Of a DNA stretch of 64,000 bases, positions 37,947 to 46,997 are shown one piece after another. The notes below the pieces were generated by a model. That model had not been told where the DNA came from. It searched no databases and saw only the letters and a list, made by a program, of their open reading frames with translations. The stretch is from IMG/VR virus record IMGVR_UViG_2802428897_000001. One strand, given 5' to 3'. The stretch is from a virus. The number at the start of each line of letters is the position of its first letter. Within the stretch, counting starts at the first letter, position 1. The position numbers and the translations under genes are program-made.

Positions 37947-38337
37947 AGGGCGCTTCGAGCTTCACGAACGAGAGCTCAACGACCAGACCCGGTCTTTCGG
38001 CCGGCGCCGGATGGCGTCCCTGCAGCGACGTATCGCCACCCAGGCACGCGTCGACGCCCCCGTTCGCACCGGCAACCTCGGCCGCCAGGTCAACGAGGGA
38101 CACATCGGTTTCACCGGCCCCCGAACGATTTCCGGCAGCGTCGGCAACAACGCCCGCTACGCGCTATACGTCCACGAGGGCTCGCGGCCTCACCTCATCC
38201 GGCCACGCAACGCCAAAGCGCTGCGGTTCCAGATAGGCGGGCGCACGGTGTTCGCAAAGCTGGTGCACCACCCGGGAACGAAGGCGCGACCGTTCTTGCG
38301 CAACGCCGGAATGCGAGTGGCATCGCGGGAACGCTGA
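37933..38337 (+). CDS. HK97 gp10-like neck/tail completion protein
   Basis: APVRTGNL, YALYVHEG, HPGTKARPFL. Confidence 0.78.
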   Translation: MARVRGRFELHERELNDQTRSFGRRRMASLQRRIATQARVDAPVRTGNLGRQVNEGHIGFTGPRTISGSVGNNARYALYVHEGSRPHLIRPRNAKALRFQIGGRTVFAKLVHHPGTKARPFLRNAGMRVASRER

Positions 38338-38396
38338 CCAACTATTCACTGCCAGTGAATCGTTCGGCTGCACCCCTGCTCGGCACGCTACGCGCC

Positions 38397-38903
38397 ATGA
38401 CCACACCCGCCTCGGAACCCATCCAGCCGTCCGCCCCTGCACCGGCCGAACCGGCAGCAGCCGGCGCCATCGAACAAGATGTTATCGCGCCTAATACGCA
38501 GGTAGTCACCGAACCAGCTGCCCACGGTGATGCGCTGCCAGCGGTCCGGGCCAGTACCGAGGTAGCCAAGCCCAGCGGATGGGCTCACGAGTTCCTGGAG
38601 TTTGGTGGCGACACACTCGAAATCCGGGTCCCCACACCACAGGCCATGTCGGCGCTATCGCTGGGAATGGGCAAATACGTTCCAGCGAAGATGAAGAACG
38701 AGATCAGCGGCCTGTTCATCGCCCGGCATCTGTCGGAAGACACCTACGAGCACGTCTACTCGCGGTTGATGAACCCGGACGACACCGGATACAACGCCAA
38801 CACCATCGGGGAGCTGATCGGCGCGCTGCTCAACGAAGGTGTCGAGCAATTCGAAAAGGTATCGAAGGCACCGGAAGCGGTGAACAGCGAGGCCGAGAAG
38901 TAG
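38397..38903 (+). CDS. Tail assembly chaperone-like protein (copy 1)
   Basis: Immediately before tape measure; aligns by eye with 52506-52862. Confidence 0.65.
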   Translation: MTTPASEPIQPSAPAPAEPAAAGAIEQDVIAPNTQVVTEPAAHGDALPAVRASTEVAKPSGWAHEFLEFGGDTLEIRVPTPQAMSALSLGMGKYVPAKMKNEISGLFIARHLSEDTYEHVYSRLMNPDDTGYNANTIGELIGALLNEGVEQFEKVSKAPEAVNSEAEK

Positions 38904-38928
38904 CACCCCACCTCGCTAGCTTGAGCCG

Positions 38929-41900
38929 GTGACCACGCCCGTCGGCTCGATTCGCCTTGATCTGTCGATCGACGGTTCGGACCTTGACGACGAGATCACT
39001 GCCGCTGTGCAAAAGCACATGGGGCCCGCCATGGCGAGGCTTCAAGCGCAGCTTGATCGAATCGAGCATGAGTACGTCGCTGCCGCGCGTGCGGCTGAAA
39101 AGTCCTCCGCCAAGCAGACAGCGGCGGCCAGGGCCGTTGCCGAAGCGGTCGAGGACATCGGTGACGAGCACACCAAGTCGGCAGCCAAAGCGCGTGCTGG
39201 CGAGAGCGTTTCGACCCGGTCGATCAACACGACCACCCGGGCCATCCAAAAGCAGACAGCAGCCTGGGAAGCGAACGCGGCGGCGCGGATCGCCGCGGCA
39301 GCTGCACCGACCCCGGCCGGACCACCGCCAGGCGGCGGTAGCCGCGGTGGGGGCGGCGGCGGCTCTGGCGGCGGTGTCAGATGGCATGGCGGCAGGGGAG
39401 GTTTCCTTTCCAGCCCCATGGGGTTGAATGCGATTTCACTCGGTGTCGGCAGCCTTCCGGCCGCGACCACGGCCGTCGTCAACCTCACCGGGGCACTGCA
39501 GCAGCTCGTCCAGGTCGGATTCGTCGTACCTGGCGTCATCGGCGGCATGGTCTCGTCGATCGGCACCGCGGTGTTGGGGTTCCACGGCCTGTCCGACGCG
39601 GTGAAGGCATCGTGGGAGGCCGCGAAGTCGGGCGACCCGAAGGACATCAAGAAAGCTGCCGAGGCAATGCAGGGCCTTGCCCCGGCAGTCCAAGGCGTCG
39701 TCAAGGCCATAGTCTCCGCGCGCCCTCAGCTGGAGCATCTGCAGCGTCACATCGTGGCGCAGAACATGTTCGAAGGCGTCGATCAGAGCATCACCGAACT
39801 GACCGACAAATCGATACCCACCTTGGAGAAGGGCCTCGGCGGCATCGCGAAGGCATGGAACGCCACGTTCAAGGAGCTGAGCCGCGTCGGCGGCCTGGAC
39901 TCCTCGCAGTCAATCTTGGACAAGCTGCTCGGCAACACCGCCGACGCGCAGAACCGCGCCAACGCGGCGATCGAACCGCTGATCCACGGTTTCGGCACAC
40001 TGACCGCCGAGGGCAGCGACTTCCTGCCGCGTATCGCCGACGGGTTGACCGCTGTCACAAAGCGATTCGACAACTGGATCACCCGGTCGGTGGAGAACGG
40101 CAACCTCGACAAATGGATCACCGAAGGCATCGAGGGTGCCGACCATCTGGGCAACACACTGCTAAACATCGGCAAGATCATCGCCTCGATCACCAAAGCC
40201 GCTGGCGGCGACGGCGGTCTGTTGTCCGCACTCGACGGCGGGTCCGGCGCGCTGGCCGACTTCCTGGCATCGGACAAGGGCCAAGAGAAGCTGATCAAGT
40301 TCTTCACCGAGGGACGCGAGCAGATCAAGCAGTGGATGCCGATCCTGGGCAACGTCGCCTCGCTCCTGGGTGATGTTTACGACGGCATGAAGCAGTGGAC
40401 CGCGGTGCTGCTACCGATCCTCAAAATGGTTACCGACCTTCTCAACTCGATGCCAGGCGGCATCTCCGGTGTCGTCACAGCATTCCTGGCGTGGAGAACG
40501 ATCTCCGGCATTACCTCGGTTCTGTCCGGGATAAACAGCATCGGGGCGGCCCTGGACGGTTTACCTGGGAAAGCAGGGACAGCGGCAGGGGGAATCAACA
40601 AGGCGCTGGCAGGTCTGGGCATCGGCGCGGCGGCATTCCAGATCGGCGGCGGCTTGATCAACTCGGATTCGGGGTTGGCGCAGGCCGGAGGGTTCGCCGC
40701 CAACATCGGTGGCGGTGCCCTCGCCGGTGGCCTGATGGGCGGTCCGTGGGGTGCTGCGCTCGGCGCCATGATTGGTGCCGGTGTGTCGTTGTTCGAGCTG
40801 TCTCGCAAGCGCCTGGAAGAAGGCAAAGCCGAGTGGGACAAGTCGTGGCAGGAGCACCATGACAACCCACCGCCGCCGGTTATCTCCCCCAGTGGCATCG
40901 ACCTCAAGACGATGCTTCCGGTCGACCGTGGACCGTCGCTGTCGCAAGGCATGCTCGCGCAGATTCAGGCGGGGAAACTTCCGGGGTACAGCATCGGCCC
41001 GAACGGCGCGGTGATCGGTCCCGACGGTCAACCACTGCCCGGCCTGAACCTGGGCGGCGTGACGCCGTACACCCCCTCGTTCCCGCTACCAACGCTCCCG
41101 CCCCCTGCTCCGCCTCCACAGAAGCAACCGACCACGTTCCTGCCGATACCCGGCGCGACGGGGCAAAACGTCCCCGCCCCGCAAGGAACAAACCTCGGTC
41201 AGTTGATCGGCGCCGGTGCGTTGCCCGAGGTACAGGCCAACGTCCAGAAGTTGGCATCGGACATCCAGGCACTGCCCGAGGGTGAGGTCAAGATCAAAGA
41301 CCCGTCGCCCGAAGTGATGAAAAACCTTGAGTCCCTGGATGTGCAGATCACCAAGGTCTCGGAGAACGAGATCCAGGTCAAGGCCAACACCAGTGCGGCA
41401 CAAGCCCAGGTCGAAGCGTTCATCCTCAAGTACAAGCAGCAGACGATCACCATGATGATCCAGGCGCAGGGAATGACTCCCGCGGTGCCGCCTGGCCGCG
41501 CCGACGGCGGCGTGCTGCCCGGTTGGTCTCCCGGTGTCGACAACATGCTGGTACCGATGTCCGGCGGCGAGGGCGTGCTCATCCCCGAGGCTGTGCGCGG
41601 CCTGGGTGGGGCTGCAGCCATTTACGCCATCAACAGCCGGTTCCGTAGCGGCCTGTCCCGCAGGGGATACGCCGACGGCGGCGTGGTCGGTGCGGTGGCA
41701 GGTATTCCTGGCGTGGATGACAACACCGAACTCGGAGTGCTGCGACAAATCCGGGACCTGTTGGCCGGCAAGGGTGGCGGCCCGCTGCCCGCGACCTCGG
41801 ATGCCATCAAGTCCATCGCCTCCGACGGCGTCGCATCGGCCACCGGCAATTCGCCGGCACGGATGGGGCCATTCGGCACACCGATCAAGGCACGCAATCC

Positions 41901-44520
41901 CGGCTACGAGGCCGCCGCGGCGGCGATCCAAGCGCTGGGAGGAGACCCGGCGAAGTGGATTGGCGAGGACCCGAGCACCTACCTGCCCCGCGGTATCGGC
42001 GGAATCGGTGGTGTGGGTGCCGGCGGATACGCGCAGTACGCGGCGCTGCTGTCAAAGTTCGCCAAGAGCGGCAACCTGACAGCCGAACTCGTCGGTGCTG
42101 GTCTGGACGCCAATGACCCGGTCATCCGGGCGATCACCACCGCACGGAACAAGAAACGGGGTGCCCTCGGAGACGACGCTATCGCCGCGCTGGTTGAGCA
42201 GATCATCGGCGGCGGCGGATATACCGGCTCCCTGAACTCGAGTAACAGCGCGCTGATCAGCTCGTTGCAGACGTTCCGTGACAAGCTCGGCAGGACAGCG
42301 GTTCCCAACGGCACCGCAATCGCGGCGCTCCCGGCAGGCGGCGGCCCGAAGGGCTCCAAGTCAGGGCTGCAACCCAACGCGAACCAGCTGTGGGACTTCA
42401 TCGCCACCAACTTCCCCGAGGTCCGCGAGATAGGGGGAGTGCGCCAGGACGCTATCTCTGATCACCCGAGCGGCCGCGCCTTGGACATCATGGTCGGCCA
42501 AAACAAGGAACTCGGCGACCGTATCAACGCGGCGTTGCGCGCCAACTACATTGCGCTGGGCCTGGACTCAACAATTTGGCGCGACAAGTGGGAAGACTTC
42601 AACGGCAACAGCTCCACCGTCGCCGGACATCAGGACCACATCCACGCCAAGGTCGCCGCCGGCGCGGCGACGGGCATGCCCGGATTGCCGATGCCAGGCG
42701 GTGCCCCCGGTCTGGCCGGCACGGGCAGCGGCGTGGTCCCGGTCTACGTGACCAACTTCGACGGCCAAATGCGCGGCATGGGCGACCAAATGCTTGGTGC
42801 GCTGTCGCAGTCGGGTGGACTAGCCGCGTCGAACGTCGCAGGCGACGTGATGAGCGCGGTGGCCGGGCTCGGCCAGGAGCCCTGGAACAAGAAGAACGCC
42901 ACCTACACCGAGCTCAATCAGCTCGTCAAGGAACGCAACCCGCTGGCACTTGCCAAGGCCATGGGCTTGAATGTCGAGGACTTCACCCGCGCCGGCGGCA
43001 ACGCAGGAGAACTCACCACCAACGACGGCAAGGCCTTCGACGCCAGCGGACGCATGTTCTCCGACACGGGCGCCTTACTTGACCGGACATTCACCAGCGT
43101 CAACGCCCAACTGTCCGCCATGCGTGAACAACTCGTCGATGTCATCGAGCAGACCAACGCCAAACTCAACGAGGAAGCGCTGGAGCCGGTCGTCAAGGCG
43201 GGTGTGCAATCGGCCCTGGAGAGCTTGAAGGACAGCGTGAGCGGCCAGATCGGTACCGCCCTGGGGCAGGCGGCTGCACCACCGATCGCCGATGCGGTCC
43301 GCAGCGCGATCCCAGCCGACGGCGGCGGTGGGGGAGCTGCAGCCGGCATCGGCGGCAACATCGCCGGCGCACTCTTCGCCACCGGCGGCCCAGTGTATGG
43401 CGGCATCCCGGGCAAGGATTCCGTTCCGGCGCTGCTCATGCCGAACGAACACGTGCTCACCACCGACGACGTAGCCCGCATGGGCGGTCATGCTGGTGTC
43501 TACGCGTTCCGGGCCGCCCTTGCCCGCCACGGTGGTGTGCGCGGGTTCGCCACCGGCGGCGGCGTCAATGTCAACGACACGGTGGGCGCGGAATTCTTTG
43601 GCGTATCGCAGATCCCGATCCTGGGTGCCATCGTCAACCTGCTGGTGCGTGTGCTGCTGCGGGTGCTGGGTGTCGAAATTGAGGCCCGAGACACCCTCAA
43701 TGAGATGACCGACGAGTTCCGTCAGTTCCGCGGCGACTTCGAAGCATTCGATGCCAGCGGACGCCTGATGAACGACACCTCGGCGCTCGTCGACCGCTCA
43801 TCCACCAGCGAGGAAGAAGCGGCACAGGAACGCATCCGGATCCTCAAGATTGTGATCGAGGCGCTGATCAAGTACATCATCGAGAAGGTCATCGTGCCGA
43901 TCGCGAAAGCCGTTGCCAACGCCGCGATCCAAGCGGGAGCATCGGCGGCCGGCGCTGCGGTCAACACCCAAGCACCGGGCGCTGGCGGCATTGTGTCCGC
44001 TCTCATCAGCTCGGGCGGGCAGGCGGGCGTGGACATCATCGCCGAGATCGGCAGCCAGCTCGCCGTCGAGGCGGCAGGGGTGATCATCGACATGCTGGGC
44101 GAAGGGCTGCAAAGCTACTTCCCGGACATCGTCAATGCCATCTTCGGTGGCGGGCTGCTGGAGAACCTGATCGCCGCACCGATCACCGCGGCGCTCGAAA
44201 TTCCGCTGGCCATCATCGGTGCACTCAGCGGCGGCTTGACGGGCCTGTTCGCGCCGTTGCTGGCCATCCTGGGTGGCGGATCATTCGATCAGGGCGGCCT
44301 CGCGCGCGGTGTCGGCATGATGCCCAAGGCGACGATCCGGCCCGAGCGCGTCCTATCGCCGCAACAGACCATCCTGTTCGAGCGCATGATCGCCGCGCTG
44401 GAACGCAACCCTGGCGGCGCCAGCGGCAACCCCACGTATGTGACCGCGCAGATCAACGTCGAGGGCGGCCCACGAGCGGGCGAGAACGTCCGCGCCGGAC
44501 TGTTGGAGCTGATGAGCTGA
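38929..44520 (+). CDS. Tape measure protein
   Basis: 1863 aa, Ala/Gly-rich helical, FA(T/D)GG motifs, synteny. Confidence 0.92.
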   Translation: MTTPVGSIRLDLSIDGSDLDDEITAAVQKHMGPAMARLQAQLDRIEHEYVAAARAAEKSSAKQTAAARAVAEAVEDIGDEHTKSAAKARAGESVSTRSINTTTRAIQKQTAAWEANAAARIAAAAAPTPAGPPPGGGSRGGGGGGSGGGVRWHGGRGGFLSSPMGLNAISLGVGSLPAATTAVVNLTGALQQLVQVGFVVPGVIGGMVSSIGTAVLGFHGLSDAVKASWEAAKSGDPKDIKKAAEAMQGLAPAVQGVVKAIVSARPQLEHLQRHIVAQNMFEGVDQSITELTDKSIPTLEKGLGGIAKAWNATFKELSRVGGLDSSQSILDKLLGNTADAQNRANAAIEPLIHGFGTLTAEGSDFLPRIADGLTAVTKRFDNWITRSVENGNLDKWITEGIEGADHLGNTLLNIGKIIASITKAAGGDGGLLSALDGGSGALADFLASDKGQEKLIKFFTEGREQIKQWMPILGNVASLLGDVYDGMKQWTAVLLPILKMVTDLLNSMPGGISGVVTAFLAWRTISGITSVLSGINSIGAALDGLPGKAGTAAGGINKALAGLGIGAAAFQIGGGLINSDSGLAQAGGFAANIGGGALAGGLMGGPWGAALGAMIGAGVSLFELSRKRLEEGKAEWDKSWQEHHDNPPPPVISPSGIDLKTMLPVDRGPSLSQGMLAQIQAGKLPGYSIGPNGAVIGPDGQPLPGLNLGGVTPYTPSFPLPTLPPPAPPPQKQPTTFLPIPGATGQNVPAPQGTNLGQLIGAGALPEVQANVQKLASDIQALPEGEVKIKDPSPEVMKNLESLDVQITKVSENEIQVKANTSAAQAQVEAFILKYKQQTITMMIQAQGMTPAVPPGRADGGVLPGWSPGVDNMLVPMSGGEGVLIPEAVRGLGGAAAIYAINSRFRSGLSRRGYADGGVVGAVAGIPGVDDNTELGVLRQIRDLLAGKGGGPLPATSDAIKSIASDGVASATGNSPARMGPFGTPIKARNPGYEAAAAAIQALGGDPAKWIGEDPSTYLPRGIGGIGGVGAGGYAQYAALLSKFAKSGNLTAELVGAGLDANDPVIRAITTARNKKRGALGDDAIAALVEQIIGGGGYTGSLNSSNSALISSLQTFRDKLGRTAVPNGTAIAALPAGGGPKGSKSGLQPNANQLWDFIATNFPEVREIGGVRQDAISDHPSGRALDIMVGQNKELGDRINAALRANYIALGLDSTIWRDKWEDFNGNSSTVAGHQDHIHAKVAAGAATGMPGLPMPGGAPGLAGTGSGVVPVYVTNFDGQMRGMGDQMLGALSQSGGLAASNVAGDVMSAVAGLGQEPWNKKNATYTELNQLVKERNPLALAKAMGLNVEDFTRAGGNAGELTTNDGKAFDASGRMFSDTGALLDRTFTSVNAQLSAMREQLVDVIEQTNAKLNEEALEPVVKAGVQSALESLKDSVSGQIGTALGQAAAPPIADAVRSAIPADGGGGGAAAGIGGNIAGALFATGGPVYGGIPGKDSVPALLMPNEHVLTTDDVARMGGHAGVYAFRAALARHGGVRGFATGGGVNVNDTVGAEFFGVSQIPILGAIVNLLVRVLLRVLGVEIEARDTLNEMTDEFRQFRGDFEAFDASGRLMNDTSALVDRSSTSEEEAAQERIRILKIVIEALIKYIIEKVIVPIAKAVANAAIQAGASAAGAAVNTQAPGAGGIVSALISSGGQAGVDIIAEIGSQLAVEAAGVIIDMLGEGLQSYFPDIVNAIFGGGLLENLIAAPITAALEIPLAIIGALSGGLTGLFAPLLAILGGGSFDQGGLARGVGMMPKATIRPERVLSPQQTILFERMIAALERNPGGASGNPTYVTAQINVEGGPRAGENVRAGLLELMS

Positions 44521-45956
44521 TGGCCTACCGCGGATACTTCGCCCTCAACGGCGTGGAGATTGCCAACAGCTCCCGGGTGATCGCGCACCTGGGCCAGGAT
44601 GTGCCAACCAGCGACATCGGTGTCTTTGGCGACGATCCGAGCACCGACTGCGCGCTCATCGAATCCACCGAATTTCCGGGGTTCTACGAAATCCCCGACA
44701 GCTCCACCGAAGTGAGCCCCGGCCTGCTCACGCCGCCCAACGGTGCCCGCCGGCTGGGGCCCGGCCTGTTTGAGATCAACGGCACGTGCTGGGGTCCGAT
44801 CGCGTTCTGCGGGTCGTGCTCCACAATCGTCACCTACGATGATTCGTGGCCAGGTCTTCGGGAATTCCTGGGCGACAACATCTATCGACCCGAGCTGGCA
44901 CCGTGGTACAGCACCGAACTGCCCGAATCCACAGAGTTCGGCGGCGTATGGGTGATGAAAATCGACGGCCTGGGAGCAACACCGGTAGAACGGCCCATCA
45001 CCCAGATGACCGGATCAGGGGCCGCGGCCGGCCCGCATAGAGACCTGTCACGCACCCTCACGTTCGAGGCGCTGATGATCGCCTGCACTCACGCTGGCGT
45101 CGAGTTCGGCATGGACTGGTTGTCCTGCATCCTGCGGGACACCATCGACGACAACACCAGCGTTCTGCGTTATCTTGCTGCCAGCCCAGCGCATTCGGGC
45201 GTCGATCCGGCATCGTTGGTGCGTGAGGTGCATGGCGTTGTCTTGACCAAAGAGCCGCGGATCATCTCCGAATACAACACCCAGGCCGGCCAGCATCACC
45301 AAGCCAACCTGTATCGCATCAGCTGGGAAATGACGGTGCTCTCGCCCTACGCCTACCTGCCGCAGGTAAGGGTGCCGGTCGACTGGGACGAGATCACCAG
45401 GCAGCCGGTCAACTGGGTTCACGCTGCCGACTGCGAAAAGCCCTCCACCTGTTCGGACATGCCGGTGCTGTTCTCCGCTGACTGCGTGCCCGAGGAGATC
45501 GCGATCCTGGACACTCCGCCGCCGGTGTGCGGCGGGTGCCTGCCGGTCGGCGAGATCGACAAGTACAGCTTCCGTATCCCCACCATGGATTACGCGTTCC
45601 GCTGCCGGGACACCGCGGTCAGTATCGCGATCCGTAACCTCGGCGGGACGCCGTTGACACTGCAAGCGTTTCTGCGGGTGTGCGGCACCGATGTGCGCTG
45701 CGAAGACAACCGATTCCCGCTGCAGGTATCGGGTTTGCCGCCACTGACAGAGCTGGTCCTCGATGGCATCTCGGGGCGCTACTGGGCCATCTATGACGAC
45801 CGCAAGCACCGCGCCGTCGGGATCGTCGGCACCCCCAACGGCGCGCCCTGGCGGCCACCACGTATCGACCGCGAAACATGCTGGGATTTCATCGTTCAAA
45901 CAGCTAGCACCTCGCAATTCGAGGTCACCATGACACTCACCGATCGGGAGCCGTGA
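44520..45956 (+). CDS. Minor tail protein (distal-tail-like)
   Basis: Follows TMP; NGVEIANSSR, APWY. Confidence 0.8.
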   Translation: MAYRGYFALNGVEIANSSRVIAHLGQDVPTSDIGVFGDDPSTDCALIESTEFPGFYEIPDSSTEVSPGLLTPPNGARRLGPGLFEINGTCWGPIAFCGSCSTIVTYDDSWPGLREFLGDNIYRPELAPWYSTELPESTEFGGVWVMKIDGLGATPVERPITQMTGSGAAAGPHRDLSRTLTFEALMIACTHAGVEFGMDWLSCILRDTIDDNTSVLRYLAASPAHSGVDPASLVREVHGVVLTKEPRIISEYNTQAGQHHQANLYRISWEMTVLSPYAYLPQVRVPVDWDEITRQPVNWVHAADCEKPSTCSDMPVLFSADCVPEEIAILDTPPPVCGGCLPVGEIDKYSFRIPTMDYAFRCRDTAVSIAIRNLGGTPLTLQAFLRVCGTDVRCEDNRFPLQVSGLPPLTELVLDGISGRYWAIYDDRKHRAVGIVGTPNGAPWRPPRIDRETCWDFIVQTASTSQFEVTMTLTDREP

Positions 45957-45959
45957 GCC

Positions 45960-46997
45960 GTGCCGGTCATCAGCTCTGAACAGATCGTGTCGCTGCGCAC
46001 CGCCAGCGGCAAGCAACTCGACCAATTCCTGGCCACGCATCAGGAGTCGTTGAAATGGACCCGCGAGCAGCGGCAAGTATCGGTGCTGGAAATGACCGTG
46101 CCGAGCGTGATCGACGCCGACCGCATGGACATCACACCGTGGCTGCATTGGATCGACGTGTTCGATGATCAGGGCCGCGAGCTGTACTGGTCAGGACCGA
46201 TCCAGCGGGTCTCAGCTACCCGCTCACGAACCTCCATTTCCGCGCGGGATATGTCGGCGTTGATGACCCGCACCCGCTGCCCGTTGACGAAAAACTGGGA
46301 TGCAGCCGACCCCTCGAAGATCGCGGGCGAGCTGTGGGCCGCGATGATCGCCCACCACGGACTGAACACTCGAGCCATCGAACGCGTGGACCCGCGCGGC
46401 GACCACTTCGATTTCGAGGCTATCGCCGACGAGCAGATGATGAGTGCGACGTTCGATCGGCTCGTCGGGCTGGGGCTGCACTGGACAGTCGTGGGCGGTG
46501 TGCCCATCCTGGGCCCGGCCCAGCTCAAATCGATTGTGGCGCTCGGCGAAAACGACTTCACGGGCGGGGAGTTCTCGATCGTGCGTGATGGCAGCCAGAC
46601 CTACAACGATGTCCTACTGCGCGGCGGCGACAACCTGGCTCGCGCCAGCGTGCCGATGGGCGGTCTGCGGTTGCAGACGATCAACAACATCGACGACATG
46701 TTCGGTGTTTCCAACGTCGACCGCGCAGCCAAGCAATACGTGCGCTACACCGGGGCCATCAAAGACACCTTGGTGCTCTCTGACGGTGCCGTGCTGCACC
46801 CTGATGCTCCGCTAGACATTTCGCAGCTGATCCCGTCAGTACGGTTCAACGTCGAAGCACTGGGGGTGCTGCAACTGATGGAACTGCAGAACGTCACAGT
46901 CACCGGTGATGGAGCCGTGGCGCTCACGCTGGCTTCGGTCAACGACGACCTACCGGAACTGGTGGAGATCGCCCAGAAAGGGGCGGTGACACAGTGA
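45960..46997 (+). CDS. Minor tail protein (hub-like)
   Basis: WSGPI..ISARD motif; synteny. Confidence 0.78.
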   Translation: MPVISSEQIVSLRTASGKQLDQFLATHQESLKWTREQRQVSVLEMTVPSVIDADRMDITPWLHWIDVFDDQGRELYWSGPIQRVSATRSRTSISARDMSALMTRTRCPLTKNWDAADPSKIAGELWAAMIAHHGLNTRAIERVDPRGDHFDFEAIADEQMMSATFDRLVGLGLHWTVVGGVPILGPAQLKSIVALGENDFTGGEFSIVRDGSQTYNDVLLRGGDNLARASVPMGGLRLQTINNIDDMFGVSNVDRAAKQYVRYTGAIKDTLVLSDGAVLHPDAPLDISQLIPSVRFNVEALGVLQLMELQNVTVTGDGAVALTLASVNDDLPELVEIAQKGAVTQ

